Origin: Basidiobolus meristosporus CBS 931.73
Taxonomy: Eukaryota; Fungi; Basidiobolomycota
Direction: 5' to 3'
NCBI GenBank assembly: GCA_002104905.1
Contig: MCFE01000638.1
Coordinates: 1 to 50,738 of the forward strand
Length of the DNA stretch: 50,738 nt
Shown: in pieces, positions 20,701 through 27,840 of the stretch
How the letters are laid out: the number at the start of each line of letters is the position of its first letter
Numbering within the stretch: the first letter of the stretch is position 1
The notes under the pieces: model-generated
Told to the model about the DNA's origin: nothing
The model's database searches: none
The model's input: only the letters and a program-made list of their open reading frames with translations
Position numbers and translations under genes: made by a program

Positions 20701-22491
20701 ATCCGACATGATCGAATTCCCACTAGGTGGAGCTCCTGCGCAGGCCGGGCCGTTGGAAGTCATTAGGCAGACTTGGTTGCCACCACAACTGTATTTTTTG
20801 ATCACTCCATTGATACAGGCATTAACAACTCCAGTTTTACGTTCGCTTTCGCAAGTGGAATTTTGGCACTCAGGCTTTACAGGAGCGTGTGACATCGACC
20901 TGCTCTCGTGAGTTGAAGATTTACTTGCGGTAGATTCACTTGCGGTAGATTTACTTGCAGTTGATTTACCTGCAGTTGACTCATTTGGTTTGGACGTAGC
21001 GGTTTCTGATTTATGGCTACTCCTTATGTGTGTAGATGTAAACGTATTTGAGCTATGGCTACTTCCTTTACGAGATGAAGCACCTGTATTAGATTTGTCG
21101 CTATTTCCGGTGGCGGTAGTCTTAGCTGTGCCAGATTTATCACTATTTGTGCTATGAGTGGAAGTATCTGTGTCGGCTTTATCACTTCCTGTTGAGGTAG
21201 ACGAGTATGTAATTACTGAATCGATTGTTGGATGTGGGGTCTGGTTACCAGCGATTTGCAAAATACACTCAATTCCCTCCCACTGGCCACTCCAACTTAC
21301 CCAATCTACACATATCGATGTATCCTGGCAGTTGAACGGGACCATTTCTCCATTGATGCATTTCTTGAACTGTCGTCCCTGCCCTGGCAGGACACATTCG
21401 TATTCAGCTGGGCAGTTGTTTTTCTTTGAGACGGTCACTACAGCTGTTGATTCGGCCACCATATGAGTAACCACCTTGGTTTGGAGCACGACGCTTTGCA
21501 CAATATCTATGGATAAAGAGCTTGGCTCCATGGTACTCCTGGCTGTTATCCTTGTTGCTGTTGGAGGTACATATCCACTTGAATATGTGATTGGATTCTG
21601 AAAACATATACCTCCAGGCTCTCGGCAACTCCATCCTTCGGAACACATATGAATTATCCATGTACCATCTACGCACCATGCCGATACGTCTTCACCGGAA
21701 CAAGCCCACTGAAATGGAACGTCACATGCGCCACTCAATGGTTTAAACTTTTCTTCGCTACCACGATGTACACACCCGAGTTTATCCTTACATACTTGAT
21801 TTCCGCTACATGTTTTGGTGGTCGGGCTCAGACCATCGCTCGGGCAATACTGCATAGTGTTGTCGTCAATACAAGACCAAGGCTTGTTGGGATTGCAGTG
21901 GACTGGGGCGAAGGTTGCGGGTATTTGTTGGCAACTTGGCTTACTGTTTATCATTTGGCACTCGTACCCACTTGGACAGGCTGCTTCGGCAACATTTCCC
22001 TTGTAGCAAGTTAGATACCGATCTTTGCTTAAGCATTTGCCGTTGTAAGTGGACGGGCTGCACCCCATTGTTTCGACTGCCTGTGAGGTTTCCGCCGATC
22101 GGTGAACAGAAAGGGAGGTAACAGCGATCATGCCGGTTTTCAGTGCAGAAGCTTTCATTGGCAACTCGCACTGGGCCTCACCGGTACCAGAGGAAACGCA
22201 AACAAACTGTTGTTTGATTGGTTTGTACTGGGTCGGGCAGTCGAACACCACCCAATAGCCGTTGATACATTTTTTGTACCGGTGATGATTGTCAGGCATG
22301 CAATTGACCTGGCCGTCGTTACAACGCTGTGCTAATGTTGTAACTGCAGCTCCATGAGATAGCGTCGAAGTCAGCCCATGAATAGTATTGATTGAGCCTG
22401 CTTGAAATGTTTCTGTTTTCGGCGGCAAGTCAGACGCCCATACAGGCGCTAACAGAGCGAAGGAAACTGTCAACACAGCCCTGACCTTCAT
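8752..22491 (-). CDS. Gene A: giant secreted mucin/adhesin-like protein (about 4,579 aa) with CBM19-like chitin-binding modules and three repeat arrays
   Basis: Uninterrupted 13.8-kb ORF. MKVRAVLTVSFALLAPVWA is a signal peptide (second Met, 41 bp below a TATAAATA). Six Cys modules (about 22330-20710), His/Ser 63-64-aa repeats (about 20600-13660), 38-aa TEPTVT repeats (about 13400-12040), 32-aa repeats (about 12030-9235) and C-terminal CTNGQYSC...VCSNGRLIQNHCASGTVC...CDWV resembling the fungal chitinase CBM19 pattern. No hydrophobic C-terminal tail. Confidence 0.9.
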   Translation of the reverse strand: MKVRAVLTVSFALLAPVWASDLPPKTETFQAGSINTIHGLTSTLSHGAAVTTLAQRCNDGQVNCMPDNHHRYKKCINGYWVVFDCPTQYKPIKQQFVCVSSGTGEAQCELPMKASALKTGMIAVTSLSVHRSAETSQAVETMGCSPSTYNGKCLSKDRYLTCYKGNVAEAACPSGYECQMINSKPSCQQIPATFAPVHCNPNKPWSCIDDNTMQYCPSDGLSPTTKTCSGNQVCKDKLGCVHRGSEEKFKPLSGACDVPFQWACSGEDVSAWCVDGTWIIHMCSEGWSCREPGGICFQNPITYSSGYVPPTATRITARSTMEPSSLSIDIVQSVVLQTKVVTHMVAESTAVVTVSKKNNCPAEYECVLPGQGRQFKKCINGEMVPFNCQDTSICVDWVSWSGQWEGIECILQIAGNQTPHPTIDSVITYSSTSTGSDKADTDTSTHSTNSDKSGTAKTTATGNSDKSNTGASSRKGSSHSSNTFTSTHIRSSHKSETATSKPNESTAGKSTASKSTASESTASKSSTHESRSMSHAPVKPECQNSTCESERKTGVVNACINGVIKKYSCGGNQVCLMTSNGPACAGAPPSGNSIMSDSKVATPPAATGKSTIQHIPKTELKPSYSQTTKSQSEKSASEEHPVHSESKMDSSVEPTHSESEHKPKESSHGEKSGEHSKSDNHGNSSAKQVHTESDKSTHSEEPTDHVHSASHIDSSLKPTHLQSEHKPKESSHIEKPSKHSKSDDHSKSSKPVHTESDTSTHSEKSTEHVHSESHIDSSVKPTHSESEHRPKESSHSEKPSEHSKSDDHSKSTTKPVHTESNKSTHSEKPTEHVHSESHMDSSVKPTHSESEHRPKESSHSEKPSEHSKSDDHSKSTSKPVHTESEKSTHSEKPTVHIHSESHMDSSIKPTHSESEHRPKESSHSEKPSEHSKSDDHSKSTSKPVHTESEKSTHPEKPTDLVHSESHMDSSVKPTHSESEHRPKESSLSKKPSVHSKSDDHGKSTLKPVHTDSVKSTHSEKSTEHVHSESHMVSSAKPTHSESEHRPKESSHSEKPSEHSKSDDHSKSSKTVRTESEKSIHSEKPTEHAHSESHMDSSDKPTHSESEHRPKESSHSEKPSEHSKSDDHSKSTSKPVHNESDKSIHSEKPTEHVHSESHMDSSVKPTHSESEHRPKESSHSEKPTEHVHSESHMVSSAKPTHSESEHRPKESSHSEKPSEHSKSDDHSKSSKPVHTESDKSTHTEKPTEHAHSESHIDSSVKPTHSESEHRPKESSHSEKPSVHSKSDYRSKSSKPVHTESDRSTHSEKPTEHVHSESHMDSSAKPTHSESEHRPKESSHSEKPSEHSKSDDHSKSSKPVSTEFEKSTHAEKPTEHAHSESHMDSSVKPTHSESEHRPKESSHSEKPSENSKSDDHSKSTLKPVHTDSVKSTHSEKSTEHVHSESHMDSSAKPTHSESEHRFKESSHSEKPSEHSKSDDHSKFTSKTVNIVSEKSTHSVKPSEHSKSDDHSKSTSKPVHTESDKSTHAEKPTEHVHSESHMDSSVKPTHSESEHRPKESSHSEKPSEHSKSDDHSKSTLKPVHTDSVKSSHSEKPTEHVHSESHMDSSAKPTHSESEHRPKESSHSEKPSEHSKSDDHSKFTSKPVHTDSVKSSHSVKPSEHSKSDDHSKSTSKPVHTESDKSTHAEKPTEHVHSESHMDSSVKPTHSESEHRPKESSHSEKPSEHSKFDDHSKSTLKPVHTDSVKSSHSEKSTEHVHSESHMDSSAKPTHSESEHRPKESSHSEKPSEHSKSDDHSKSSKPVHNESDKSIHSEKPTEHVHSESHMDSSVKPTHSESEHRPKESSHSEKPSEHSKSEDHSKSSKPVRTESEKSTHPEKPTEHAHSESHMDSSDKPTHSESEHRPKESSHSEKPSEHSKSDDHSKSTSKPVHNESDKSIHSEKPTEHVHSESHMDSSVKPTHSESEHRTKESSHSEKPSEHSKSEDHSKSSKPDHTESEKSIHSEKPSEHSKSEDHSQSSKPVHTESEKSIHSVKPTEHVHSESHMDSSDKPTHSESEHRPKKSSHSEKPSVHSKSDDHSKSTLKPVHTDSVKSSHSEKSTEHVHSESHMVSSAKPTHSESEHRPKESSHSEKPSEHSKSDDHSKSTLKPVHTDSVKSSHSEKPTEHVHSESHMDSSAKPTHSESEHRPKESSHSEKPSEHSKSDDHSKFTSKPVNIVSEKSTHSVKPSEHSKSDDHSKSTSKPVHTESDKSTHAEKPTEHVHSESHMDSSVKPTHSETEHRPKESSHSEKPSEHSKSDDHSKSSKPVHTESDKSTHAEKPTDHVHSESHMDSSVKPTHSESEHRPKESSLSKKPSVHPKSDDHGKSTLKPVHTDSVKSTHSEKSTEHVHSESHMVSSAKPTHSESEHRPKESSHSEKPSEHSKSDDHSKSSKPVRTESEKSIHSEKPTEHGHSESHMDSSVKPTHSESEHRPEESSHSEKPSEHSKSDDHSKSSKPVHTESDKSTHTEKPTEHAPSESHIDSSVKPTHSESEHRSKESSHSEKPNVHSKSDDHSKSTLKPVHTDSDKSTHSEKPTEHAHSESHMDSSAKPTHSESEHRPKESPHSEKPSEHSKSENHSKSSKPVHTESEKSIHSVKPTEHVHSESHMDSLVKPTHSESEHRPKESSHSEKPSVHSKSDDHSKSTSKPVHTESDKSTHSEKPTEHAHSESHMDSSVKPTHSESEHRPKESSHSEKPSEHSKPDDHSMSSKPVHTESVKSTHAEKPTEHVHSESNMDSSVKPTHSETEHRSKESPHSEKPSEHSKSDDHSKSTLKPVHTESDKSTHSEKPTEHAHSESHMDSSAKSTHSESEHRPKQSSHSEKPSVHSKTDDHSKSSKPVHTESDKPTEHVHSESNMDSSVKPTHSESEHRPMESSHSKKPSAHSKHDDHSKSTSKSVHSVSEKSSQSPESSFDAVTVRPTISVDVTVTEPQVTSTGSATFITHTFTQEGHSVTVQPIVSDEVTKKEPTLTVTERTFTKDYSVTIKPHHNVTQTPVFSSEVTITEPTITVTEPTVTYEHSVTKEASKQVTIRYDSSFGITVTEPVVTITEPTITYKHSVTEKPSIEVTIQPDTSVEVTVTEPTVTVTEPTVTYKHSITKAESEEVTIHHDKSVDVTITEPTMTITEATITHKHSVTEKPSIEVTIQPDTSVEVTITEPTVTVTEPTVTYKHSVTKAESKEVTIQHDKSVDVTITEPTMTITEPTVTNKNTVTEKPSIEVTNQPDTSVEVTVTEPTVTVTEPTVTYKHSITKAESKEVTIQHDKSVDVTITEPTMTITEPTVTNKHSVTETPSRKVTIERLTSAEVTVAEPTVTVTEPKVTYTHSVTKGTSKQVTVQHDTTVNITANEPTVTITKPTVTYRNSVTDMPSSKVTIQHKSTFDETITEPPVTITEPTVTYKHSVTKSNSEEVTVQHDESIAITITEPIVTTTKQTVTDKHTVTEKPSAYITIRPETSVDVTATKPTVTITESGSNVHTVVDRTVTIQPTVSVESGARTITVTESNGNVHTVVDRTVTVQPTVSVESGARTITVTESNGNVHTVVDRTVTVQPTVSVESGARTITVTESNSNVHTVVDRTVTIQPTVSIESGARTITVTESNGNVHTVVNRTVTIQPTVSVESGARTITVTESNGNVHTVVDRTVTVEPTVSVESGARTITVTESNGNIHTVVDRTVTVAPTVSVESGARTITVTESNGNVHTVVDRTVTVQPTVSIESGARTITVTESNGNVHTVVDRTVTVQPTVSVESGARTITVTESNGNVHTVVDRTVTVQPTVSVESGARTITVTESNGNVHTVVDRTVTVEPTVSVESGARTITVTESNGNIHTVVDRTVTVAPTVSVESGARTITVTESNGNVHTVVDRTVTVQPTVSIESGARTITVTESNGNVHTVVDRTVTVQPTVSVESGARTITVTESNGNVHTVVDRTVTVQPTVSVESGARTITVTESNGNVHTVVDRTVTVQPTISIESGARTITVTESNGNVHTVVDRTVTVQPTVSVESGARTITVTESNGNVHTVVDRTVTVQPTVSVESGARTITVTESNGNVHTVVDRTVTVQPTVSVESGARTITVTESNGNVHTVVDRTVIVQPTVSVESGARTITVTGSNGNVHTVVDRTVTVQPTVSVESGDRTITGTESNGNVHTVVDRTVTVQPTISVESGARTITVTESNGNVHTVVDRTVTVQPTVAVESGARIITVTESNGNVHTVVDRTVTVQPTIPVESGARTITVTESNGNVHTVVDRTVTVQPTVSVESGARTITVTEPNGNVHTVVDRTVTVQPTVSVESDARTITVTESNGNVHTVVDRTVTVQPTVSVESDARTITVTESNGNVHTVVDRTVTVQPTISDESGDRTITVTESNGNIHTVVDRTVTIEPTLSVVAKSMGKARTVTAETVAHVATISANDGSIHTVVDSTIVLEPTATAVVSQFPPLSTGLTCAPQCATATVVVSVTDVSQVTVTDIRTVTLHNIQTVTVTHDEKQAKPTYSGGCTNGQYSCLDSGASPIFFVCSNGRLIQNHCASGTVCKSLGQSIICDWV
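9235..12030 (-). repeat. 96-bp (32-aa) coding tandem repeat, about 29 units, TVTVQPTVSVESGARTITVTESNGNVHTVVDR
   Basis: Period measured directly (aacaacagtg at 9361 and 9457). Confidence 0.97.
12040..13400 (-). repeat. 114-bp (38-aa) Thr/Val coding repeats alternating as a 228-bp dimer
   Basis: VTITEPTVTVTEPTVTYKHSVTKAESKEVTIQHDKSVD-type units alternate with EKPSIEVTIQPDTSVE-type units. Confidence 0.85.
13660..20600 (-). repeat. 189/192-bp (63/64-aa) His/Ser-rich coding repeat, about 35 units
   Basis: Consensus HVHSESHMDSSVKPTHSESEHRPKESSHSEKPSEHSKSDDHSKSTSKPVHTESDKSTHSEKPTE; some units are partial. Confidence 0.95.
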
Positions 22492-22531
22492 ATTTCGGGA
22501 GTGCTTCTCAGAACTCATGTTACTGTCCAGT

Positions 22532-22539
22532 TATTTATA
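22532..22539 (-). promoter_or_regulatory. TATA box (TATAAATA) of gene A
   Basis: 41 bp from the MKV start; the same motif lies 40 bp from the MKV start in gene B. Confidence 0.65.
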
Positions 22540-22601
22540 CTTCACCGCCGCGAACTTAATCTTCATAAGAATCTGTCATCAATACCTATTACTCCCAACC
22601 T

Positions 22602-22630
22602 CTCGATTAATCTTATCTCTTGTGCCATAG
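22602..22630 (-). promoter_or_regulatory. Conserved 29-bp upstream element containing a GATA core (AGATAAG) and a GATTAATC palindrome
   Basis: Matches 45720-45748 at 28/29 positions, both 63 bp from the TATA box, in otherwise diverged upstream DNA. Confidence 0.65.
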
Positions 22631-23515
22631 CGAAATCGGTATGGTACATGTGGCTATATTGAATCTGTTTGGAGGGTACCTTTGTCACTACTGACTAGGC
22701 TCTGATTAACCATATGCAGATTTCTCCCCATACTCAAAAGCTACAACCCAAGGGATGCATATACTCTGCCAACCTAGGCCTTTTTCGGTGGGTGGCAATA
22801 ATACTCAGACACTGCATTCCCCCTTTGATCGACTTGTTTGAATTGTAAGGCTGACAATGCTCGAGCCCACCAAACAAGCCATTGATTTGGATTGCGGCTG
22901 AAGCTACCATGGAATATTCGGACGGTGGAGTAATCTTATACGTAGGAAATCAATAAATCACAATGGCATCTTTTTAGACCAGGGCCTGTTCTATTTCTTG
23001 GTGCACTTGATCAAGGCTAATGAGGTATCGTATTTAATTTTCTTTAAGCATATATTTACATATATATCTTGGATCCATGCTTTCTTGGATTTAAAACAAA
23101 CAAGCAGCCAATGAGAAAGAGCCTATACATACAATGGTAATTTAATCCGAATTTCCGTTTCATCAGCAAGCTACCTCTTCGAAATATCAGTCATTCATCA
23201 AACCCCAAACCTCGCACTTCACCTTCCGTGATCTTCTGTAACATACTTTTTTAGTCAGATTTACAAAATATTGCATTAGTTTTACCCGCTTCACTTTAAT
23301 CCAGCAATGCTTCTTGGACAAAGGGTTTACTTTTTCCCAATGGTGGTACCCGTACTACTCTTGCCAAACTACCAGTAAGTCCTAATTCACCTTCAAATTG
23401 GTTATAACACTGCTAGCAGATCCATCCTTCTATTCTCTGCCTTATCTCGGTACACGAAACGGTCAACAGCTTCACAAATGGAAATTCTACATGTCGAATT
23501 CTGAAAAAGGAAGAG

Positions 23516-24271
23516 GTGTCAGCAGTTTTGCTTTACTGGCTCGGTTCAAGGTCCGACCTTCACAGCTATATTTAATTACATATTACCTGATCGATACCAA
23601 ATGAATTGGTATGGGTTGACACACGTGGTCTTACTAGATTAGGAGGAGTCCTGCATTGAGGGCCTGTCTATCGAGCTTCTTTACAGAAAGGTTAGATGAA
23701 TTTCGACTAATCCTGGTAAATCGGGATTCGGAGGCAAACATCTAGAAGAGCTCTTCACCATGGGCCCTCAGATAAGCCTCAGAGGTTGGGTGTGGCTTCT
23801 GGTGAAGGACAAACAACGATTAGGTATAACAGTGATGGCCACTTCCACAACTTGACTACATTCTTGATAGGGACTAGGGTGGGAGTTGACAAACTTTATG
23901 TTCACCATTTTAAATGGTAACATGGGTTGTCCGATAGCTCATCCATATTGAACGAATATGGATGCTATCTACGTAGATGGATTATGCTAATCATATCCGA
24001 TCACAAGAAATGGATTGGCCAAGGGATTTACACACCGTACCACTGGCTCAGTGGTTCTGAACCAGACGTTCATTACCGCAAACAAACAAGATTGACGAGG
24101 CTCCCGAGTCGAGTCTGCTGTATTGTCCGTTAGTGCACTCACTGCGGCAGGTAGGTTTCGCTAGTTTTTTGTCCCGCGCGACACGGACTGCATGAATGTG
24201 TGCAGTGTGGCTGTTTGGATTTTGGTCACGTACACTGAACCAACGTCAGTCACCGAGACAAATCAGTTACC
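23516..24271. repeat. About 760-bp direct duplication with 29180-29940 (3' gene end plus 3' flank)
   Basis: Collinear from gtgtcagcagtttt to gagacaaat(c/t)agttacc in both copies. Confidence 0.9.
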
Positions 24272-24720
24272 ATAATAGTAGGTTGGGTAATATAAGTGGT
24301 AGTCAATTACGGTGCAGGCATTGTCTTCAGACCCGGTTATGGCGATTGTACGAGCACCATTATTGACAGAAACTGTAGCATAGATGAAAGTGTGTTCAAC
24401 AGTAGTGGAGAAGTGCTTCCGTTAGATTCAGCCACAGTGACCATACTTGCGCTTTCAACAGATATTGTAGACTTCATAGTGACAACTAGGAAGTTTCCAC
24501 TGAATTCAGTTGCTGTGACACCAAGGGTACCATTTTCTATAGAAGAGCAGACCCCTTTGAAATTTCTACTGACTCTGAGTGTTTAGGTTTTTTGAATGAA
24601 TCAACATGACTTTCAATGTGGATGGGAGTCCCAGAGTAGTTGACTTACTTGGTGAGAGGATTCCTTAGATCTGTGTACTGATCCTAAGTGTTTGGCTTAT
24701 AAAGTCGAGTTATCGTTGCA
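23991..24720 (-). pseudogene. Psi-1: decayed 3' portion of the giant mucin family
   Basis: Reads FVSVTDVG...ECTNGQYSRLDSGASSILFVCGNERLVQNH*ASGTVCKSLGQSISCDRI* with a frameshift and a Cys-to-TGA change. Upstream are remnants of 32-aa repeats (VTVAESNGS, NNGARTIAITGS) and a His-repeat-like remnant (gattccttagatctgtg). Confidence 0.85.
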
Positions 24721-25449
24721 TTCACCATGAGCGCAGTTGACAAGCCTGTCAGATGAGAATGACTTCGAGAATCGATTTGAATTGGTTTTAGAGAGGGTTT
24801 ATCACGATCTTAGGGCTTGTAATGCTCAATACGTTTCACAAAGGGGGGCGACTCCATGCCATTTTAACATGCACTTGGCTAAAGTACATCACCACGAGCG
24901 GGAGCGTCTTGGGAAGCCATCACCAGCACCTACTATCCCTAGCCTCTTGATTATTGTAAGTGTGCATTTTACAAAGGTCACGTAAAAGTAAATATAATGC
25001 TTATGCATCCAATAAAGCATCAGGTGAAAACTGGTTTTAGAGTTTTGGAGATATCAGAAGTGTTCTGCATTTGGTATACATCCGTACCATGCCTCAAATG
25101 GAGTAGGATTCTAAAGTACTCAGCTGTAACTCCTATTTCTAAGGTACGCAGCAGTAGCAACTGATATCACTCAACAACCGCAGGATGATTTTTGATCATG
25201 GATCATGGATATGTTTGCACATTCTGGAGCACCATTTTGCTGTGGGGAGTATGGTGTGATAGTCTCTTGTTTTATCCTCTGAACTTTGCAAATGTGGGTA
25301 AAGAGTACTGAGGCATATTCTCTACCATTATCAAAGTGTATTTTCTTGATCTCTTCACCAGTTCCTCTCCCTCCTAATGCTTAAATTTGCCCAAGTTTAG
25401 AGAGTATATCTTCTGTACTTTCCGTGAATTAGACCCAGCTATATCTCTT

Positions 25450-25625
25450 GTAAATATTTAGTTTACACCTAGAGCATTCACATAACGAGAGATTCTACTT
25501 AGCTTATTGCCAAGTCATGAATTACTTGAGATTTTGTTCGTAAGATATTGGATAATTGAAGGCCCGGAAGTTGTCAGTATTCTCAAACTCATCCAAAAGC
25601 CCCCAAAATTTGCACACAGCATATT
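25450..25625. mobile_element. Internal fragment of the 7.4 kb / 47 kb foldback family
   Basis: tttacacctagagcattcacataac and tctcaaactcatccaaaagcccccaaaatttgcacaca resemble the internal segments of the other copies. Confidence 0.5.
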
Positions 25626-25894
25626 AGGATCATCTTTAAAACACCCATACCTAAGTGGTTCTCTAGGTCCATTCGTCCCGACCAAGTTCATGCTGGGTAT
25701 CTTGGTTGGCCACCAATGGTCAGATAGATAATTGTACGGAATTTACAAACTGCCGATTGATTCATAATGTTTCATAAGCTTTATGTTGATACTATAATTG
25801 GTGGCTCAATGTTGGTCCAATAACTAATCAACAATGAGCAAATATGGAGCTAGTGTTAAATATGAATCCTATCTATAAATAGGGTCTATCGTAG

Positions 25895-26440
25895 TCATCT
25901 CCAATCACAATAATGGATTGGCCAAGGGATCTACACCCGTACCACTGGCGCATGGTTCTGGATCAGATGTCCATTGCTACAAACGAAAAAGATTGGCGAG
26001 CTGCCTGAATCGAGGCATATGGGTTACTAATTCGGGCACTACCCGTTGTAGGTAGGTTGTGCATTGTGGCTGTCTCGATGTTAGCCACAGTGGCTTCGGC
26101 CACTGAGACAATCAGAGTGATGGTAGCGCATTCAGGTGTACATGTTGCATCATGACCTCGCTGGATGGCTTCCCAGCTGCAAAATACTTGTAGGTTACCG
26201 TTGGCGCAGCGGTGGCTAATATTGGTCTAGTCAGCGAGAGTTGGCTTAAAAAGTAATACCACTAGGAACAACTGGCCTTTGGATTACATTGTGATGAGGC
26301 TTGATCGTTACGGAGTGATCTTTAGTAGTTGTAGGCTCAAATCACGGTTATAGTTGACTCTTTGATAGCAATTCACTGTAGCATCACTAGCAGTGACATG
26401 TTGAGCTATTACACTGTGTCCTTCTTCAGTAAATCTACAT
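25895..26440 (-). pseudogene. Psi-2: decayed 3' portion of the giant mucin family
   Basis: ATCTPECATITLIVSV...CLDSGSSPIFFVCSNGHLIQNH/CASGT/CRSLGQSII/CDWR* with about three 1-bp deletions. A remnant of the KDYSVTIKPHHNV linker lies at about 26280-26330. Confidence 0.85.
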
Positions 26441-26734
26441 CGAAGCTCAATTCAGCCCCGATTCTAATGGTGGATTTTTGTTCACCAGTGTTGTAAGCAT
26501 CCATCTGTAATTATGCGTCATGACTATCATCATGCTATTGCTTCGAAGTTCAGCAACAGAACAAAATCCACCCAATTTCCATGACGCTAATGGGAATTTC
26601 AGATATTCCTGCCGAAATATGAATACTCTTCTATTATCAAGCAATATGCTTTTGGACCCTCACCTCCACTTGGATTCACCAACCTTGCTATTTATGTATC
26701 GTGTGCGAGGATTTCGTGTGGCTTTACCAAACTC

Positions 26735-27245
26735 GGTCGGTTCGTTTCGGTATAGATACTCACACTCTATCTGATACCTGTACTTGATTCGTATAAAAGC
26801 GGGAAGTAGCGTGAACATGAAATACGTAGTCATGCTAAATTTGGATCTTTCTATATGTGGTTTAATGGTATTTCGGCTGATTCCGGAAGATCGGGTTTCA
26901 AATGGGATTCGGAGGCAGTTATTTAGGACTATATGTCATGGGCCCATGGAAATGGGTGGCTTTTGAATCATAGGCAACATTTGTGGAATATTCCTCGCGA
27001 ATTTGCCTGGGAACGGGGACGGGATTTTTGGTGACAGGGGCTAGCCGGTTGCTAGCAACTCCGGTGCAGAAGGCTCTGATAGCCATTTCCACTATCCGAT
27101 CACTTCCATTCGAAGGCATTCGTGATAAAGATGATGTTTACTTCTTCAGCTGTTTATTCATGTGTTCGTTGAGTAAAATCATCTCCGTGATAATCAGGAG
27201 GCTATAGAAAAAGGGAACGGATAAACCTCCTGTGGGCTACGGTTA
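26735..27245. repeat. Duplicated 3' flank (homologous to 8280-8750)
   Basis: See the 8280-8750 entry; it lies directly 3' of psi-3, as the original lies 3' of gene A. Confidence 0.8.
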
Positions 27246-27840
27246 TCATATTCTATCACTGATCTTGGATTGGCCAAGGGATTTGCACACCGTGCTACTG
27301 GTGCAATGGTTCTGGATCAGCTGACCATTACTACCAACGAGGAAGATTTGCACTACCCGCAGCAGGTAGATTTTGCCGGTTTCTCGTTCCGCATGTCAGT
27401 GATTGCATGAATGTTGCGCATGGTGACTCTTTGGATGTTGATCTCGGTAACTTGATTAGCCCCAGTTACCAAGATGGCCACAGTGATGGCAGTGAATTGA
27501 GGTGCACAAGTTGCATCAATGGGGAAGAGGAACAGTGCCAGTAGCAGTTGATTTGACAATTACTGCGATATATGATAGTGCGTACATTACCATCATCCTT
27601 GGATACAATCGTAATATGGGAAACAGTCACGGCAGCAACAGTGTGAGTATCGACAGAAATGCTGTGATCAACAATGGTGCCTAATTTAGTAGCCGCCATA
27701 GAGTGAATACCGCCATTCATAGAAACAGTAGGTACATTAGCATGGCCGTTATCATTTGAGTCGATTAGAGTGACCGTACGAGCCTCACTTGAAGCAGTAA
27801 TAGGGTAGCCAACGACTGTGGTATGCGTCACTCAGTAGCT
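27246..27840 (-). pseudogene. Psi-3: decayed 3' portion of the giant mucin family
   Basis: EARTVTLIDSNDNG...VSHITIVSKDDGNVRTII, frameshift, ATCAPQFTAITV...MRNIH...AKSTCCG, an internal deletion in the CBM, then SNGQLIQNHCTSSTVCKSLGQS...DRI*. Confidence 0.85.
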
